Source of the DNA: Eledone cirrhosa
Lineage: Eukaryota
DNA: 64,000 bases
Direction of reading: 5' to 3'
Assembly: GCA_964016885.1 (NCBI GenBank)
Contig: OZ024743.1
Location: 49,476,001-49,540,000, forward strand
Below the pieces are notes generated by a model. It did no database searches and had not been told where the DNA came from. It saw only the letters and a program-made list of their open reading frames with translations. This document shows, piece after piece, positions 60,322 to 64,000 of the stretch. The position numbers and the translations under genes are program-made. Position 1 is the first letter of the stretch, and each line of letters begins with the position of its first letter.

Positions 60322-63300
60322 CAACACCATCATTGACACTACCCCCACCACCACTGTCATAACCATCATCATCATTGACACTACCCCCACCACCACTGTC
60401 ATAACCATCATCATCATTGACACTACCCCCACCACCACTGTCATAACCATCATCATCATTGACACTACCCCACCACCACTGTCATAACCACAATCATCAT
60501 TGACACTACCCCACCACCACTGTCATAACCATCATCATCATTGACACTACCCCACCACCACTGTCATAACCACCATCATCATTGACGCTACCCCCACCAC
60601 CACTGTCATAACCATCATCATCATTGACACTACCCCCACCACCACTGTCATAACCATCATCATCATTGACACTACCCCACCACCACTGTCATAACCATCA
60701 TCATCATTGACACTACCCCCACCACCACTGTCATAACCATCATCATCATTGACACTACCCCCACCACCACTGTCATAACCAACACCATCATTGACACTAC
60801 CCCACCACCACTGTCATAACCATCATCATCATTGACACTACCCCACCACCACTGTCATAACCAACACCATCATTGATACTACCCCCACCACCACTGTGAT
60901 AACCATCATCGTCATTGACACTACCCCCACCACCACTGTCATAACCATCATCATCATTGACACTACCCCACCACCACTGTGATAACCATCATCATCATTG
61001 ACACTACCCCCACCACCACTGTCATAACCATCATCATCATTGACACTACCCCCACCACCACTGTCATAACCATCATCATCATTGACACTACCCCACCACC
61101 AATGTCATAACCAACACCATCATTGACACTACCCCCACCACCACTGTCATAACCAACACCATCATTGACACTACCCCACCACCATTGTCATAACCATCAT
61201 CATCATTGACACTACCCCACCACCACTGTCATAACCAACACCATCATTGACACTACCCCCACCACCACTGTCATAACCATCATCGTCATTGACACTACTC
61301 CCACCACCACTGTCATAACCATCATCATCATTGACACTACCCCACCACCACTGTGATAACCATCATCATCATTGACACTACCCCCACCACCACTGTTATA
61401 ACCATCATCATCATTGACACTACCCCCACCACCAATGTCATAACCATCATCATCATTGACACTACCCCACCACCACCAGTCATAACCAACACCATCATTG
61501 ATACTACCCCCACCACCACTGTCATAACCATCATCATCATTGACACTACCCCCACCACCACTGTCATAACCATCATCATCATTGACACTACCCCCACCAC
61601 CACTGTCATAACCATCATCATCATTGACACTACCCCCACCACCACTGTCATAACCATCATCATCATTGACACTACCCCACCACCACTGTCATAACCACAA
61701 TCATCATTGACACTACCCCACCACCACTGTCATAACCATCATCATCATTGACACTACCCCACCACCACTGTCATAACCACCATCATCATTGACGCTACCC
61801 CCACCACCACTGTCATAACCATCATCATCATTGACACTACCCCCACCACCACTGTCATAACCATCATCATCATTGACACTACCCCACCACCACTGTCATA
61901 ACCATCATCATCATTGACACTACCCCCACCACCACTGTCATAACCATCATCATCATTGACACTACCCCCACCACCACTGTCATAACCAACACCATCATTG
62001 ACACTACCCCACCACCACTGTCATAACCATCATCATCATTGACACTACCCCACCACCACTGTCATAACCAACACCATCATTGATACTACCCCCACCACCA
62101 CTGTCATAACCATCATCGTCATTGACACTACCCCCACCACCACTGTCATAACCATCATCATCATTGACACTACCCCACCACCACTGTGATAACCATCATC
62201 ATCATTGACACTACCCCCACCACCACTGTCATAACCATCATCATCATTGACACTACCCCCACCACCACTGTCATAACCATCATCATCATTGACACTACCC
62301 CACCACCAATGTCATAACCAACACCATCATTGACACTACCCCCACCACCACTGTCATAACCAACACCATCATTGACACTACCCCACCACCACTGTCATAA
62401 CCATCATCATCATTGACACTACCCCACCACCACTGTCATAACCAACACCATCATTGACACTACCCCCACCACCACTGTCATAACCATCATCGTCATTGAC
62501 ACTACTCCCACCACCACTGTCATAACCATCATCATCATTGACACTACCCCACCACCACTGTGATAACCATCATCATCATTGACACTACCCCCACCACCAC
62601 TGTTATAACCATCATCATCATTGACACTACCCCCACCACCAATGTCATAACCATCATCATCATTGACACTACCCCACCACCACCAGTCATAACCAACACC
62701 ATCATTGACACTACCCCCACCACCACTGTCATAACCATCATCATCATTGACACTACCCCCACCACCACTGTCATAACCATCATCATCATTGACACTACCC
62801 CACCACCACTGTCATAACCATCATCATCATTGACACTACCCCCACCACCACTGTCATAACCATCATCATCATTGACACTACCCCCACCACCACTGTCATA
62901 ACCATCATCATCATTGACACTACCCCCACCACCACTGTTATAACCATCATCATCATTGACACTACCCCACCACCACTGTCATAACCAACACCATCATTGA
63001 CACTACCCCCACCACCACTGTCATAACCAACATCATCATTGACACTACCCCACCACCACTGTCATAACCATCATCATCATTGACACTACCCCTACCACCA
63101 CTGTCATAACCAACACCATCATTGACACTACCCCACCACCACTGTCATAACCACCATCATCTTTGACACTACCTCTACCACCACTGTCATAACCATCATC
63201 ATCATTGACACTACCCCTACCACCACTGTCATAACCATCATCATCATTGACACTACCCCACCACCACTGTCATAACCAACACCATTGACACTACCCCCAC

Positions 63301-64000
63301 CACCACTGTCATAACCACCATCATCATTGACACTACCCCACCACCACTGTCATACCCATCATCATCATTGACACTACCCCTACCACCACTGTCATGACCA
63401 CCATCATCATTGACACTACCCCCACCACCGCAACCAACACCATTGACACTACCCCCACCACCACTGTCATAACTAACACCATTGACACTACCCCCACCAC
63501 CACTGTCATAACCATCATCATCATTGACACTACCCCTACCACCACTGTCATAACCAACACCATCGACACTACCCCCACCACCACTGTCATAACCAACACC
63601 ATTGACACTACCCCCACCACCACTGTCATACCCATCATCATCATTGACACTACCCCCACCACCACTGTCATAACCAACACCATCATTGACACTACCCCCA
63701 CCACCACTGTCATAACCATCATCATCATTGACACTACCCCACCACCACTGTCATAACCATCATCATCATTGACACTACCCCACCACCACTGTCATAACCA
63801 TCATCATCATTGACACTACCCCCACCACCACTGTCATAACCATCATCATCATTGACACTACCCCCACCACCACTGTCATAACCATCATCATCATTGACAC
63901 TACCCCACCACCACTGTCATAACCATCATCATCATTGACACTACCCCCACCACCACTGTCATAACCACCATCATCATTGACACTACCCCCACCACCACTG
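60322..64000. repeat. 38/39-bp minisatellite, more than 90 units, running off the window
   Basis: CCACCACTGTCATAACCATCATCATCATTGACACTACCC(C)A-type units in tandem. Confidence 0.98.

Noticed and set aside
61337-63756. Mucin-like TTPTTTVITIIIID ORFs
   Set aside because: Chance runs of 39-bp units in a satellite that frameshifts frequently with 38-bp units.

Overview
AT-rich, intron-like animal genomic DNA. The mix of SINEs, RTE LINEs and (TA)n tracts suggests a mollusc, probably an octopod cephalopod; this is inference from repeat style only. Almost all listed ORFs are artefacts of micro/minisatellites or pieces of retroelements. Only one host coding exon is recognisable: a 165-bp phase-0 exon (29560-29724, +) encoding the hinge/pseudosubstrate segment of a type I PKA regulatory subunit. 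No neighbouring exon is visible, so the window appears to be mostly giant introns. These contain three multi-kb minisatellites, RTE, Tx1/L1, CR1 and R4/Dong-type LINE copies (one near-full-length RTE with a PHD finger inside its RT), two tRNA-like SINE families, a deleted Tc1/mariner-type transposon, TTAA MITEs, Helitron-like elements and a solo LTR. The least obvious signal, absent from the ORF track, is a dense set of hammerhead ribozyme motifs folded by hand: seven complete-looking, one degenerate and several half motifs, in at least four sequence families. Two families carry the compensatory U3-A8 core, and one motif pair belongs to a Penelope-like GIY-YIG element with ~630-bp inverted pseudo-LTRs. 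Four complete motifs lie on the sense strand of the PKA-R gene.
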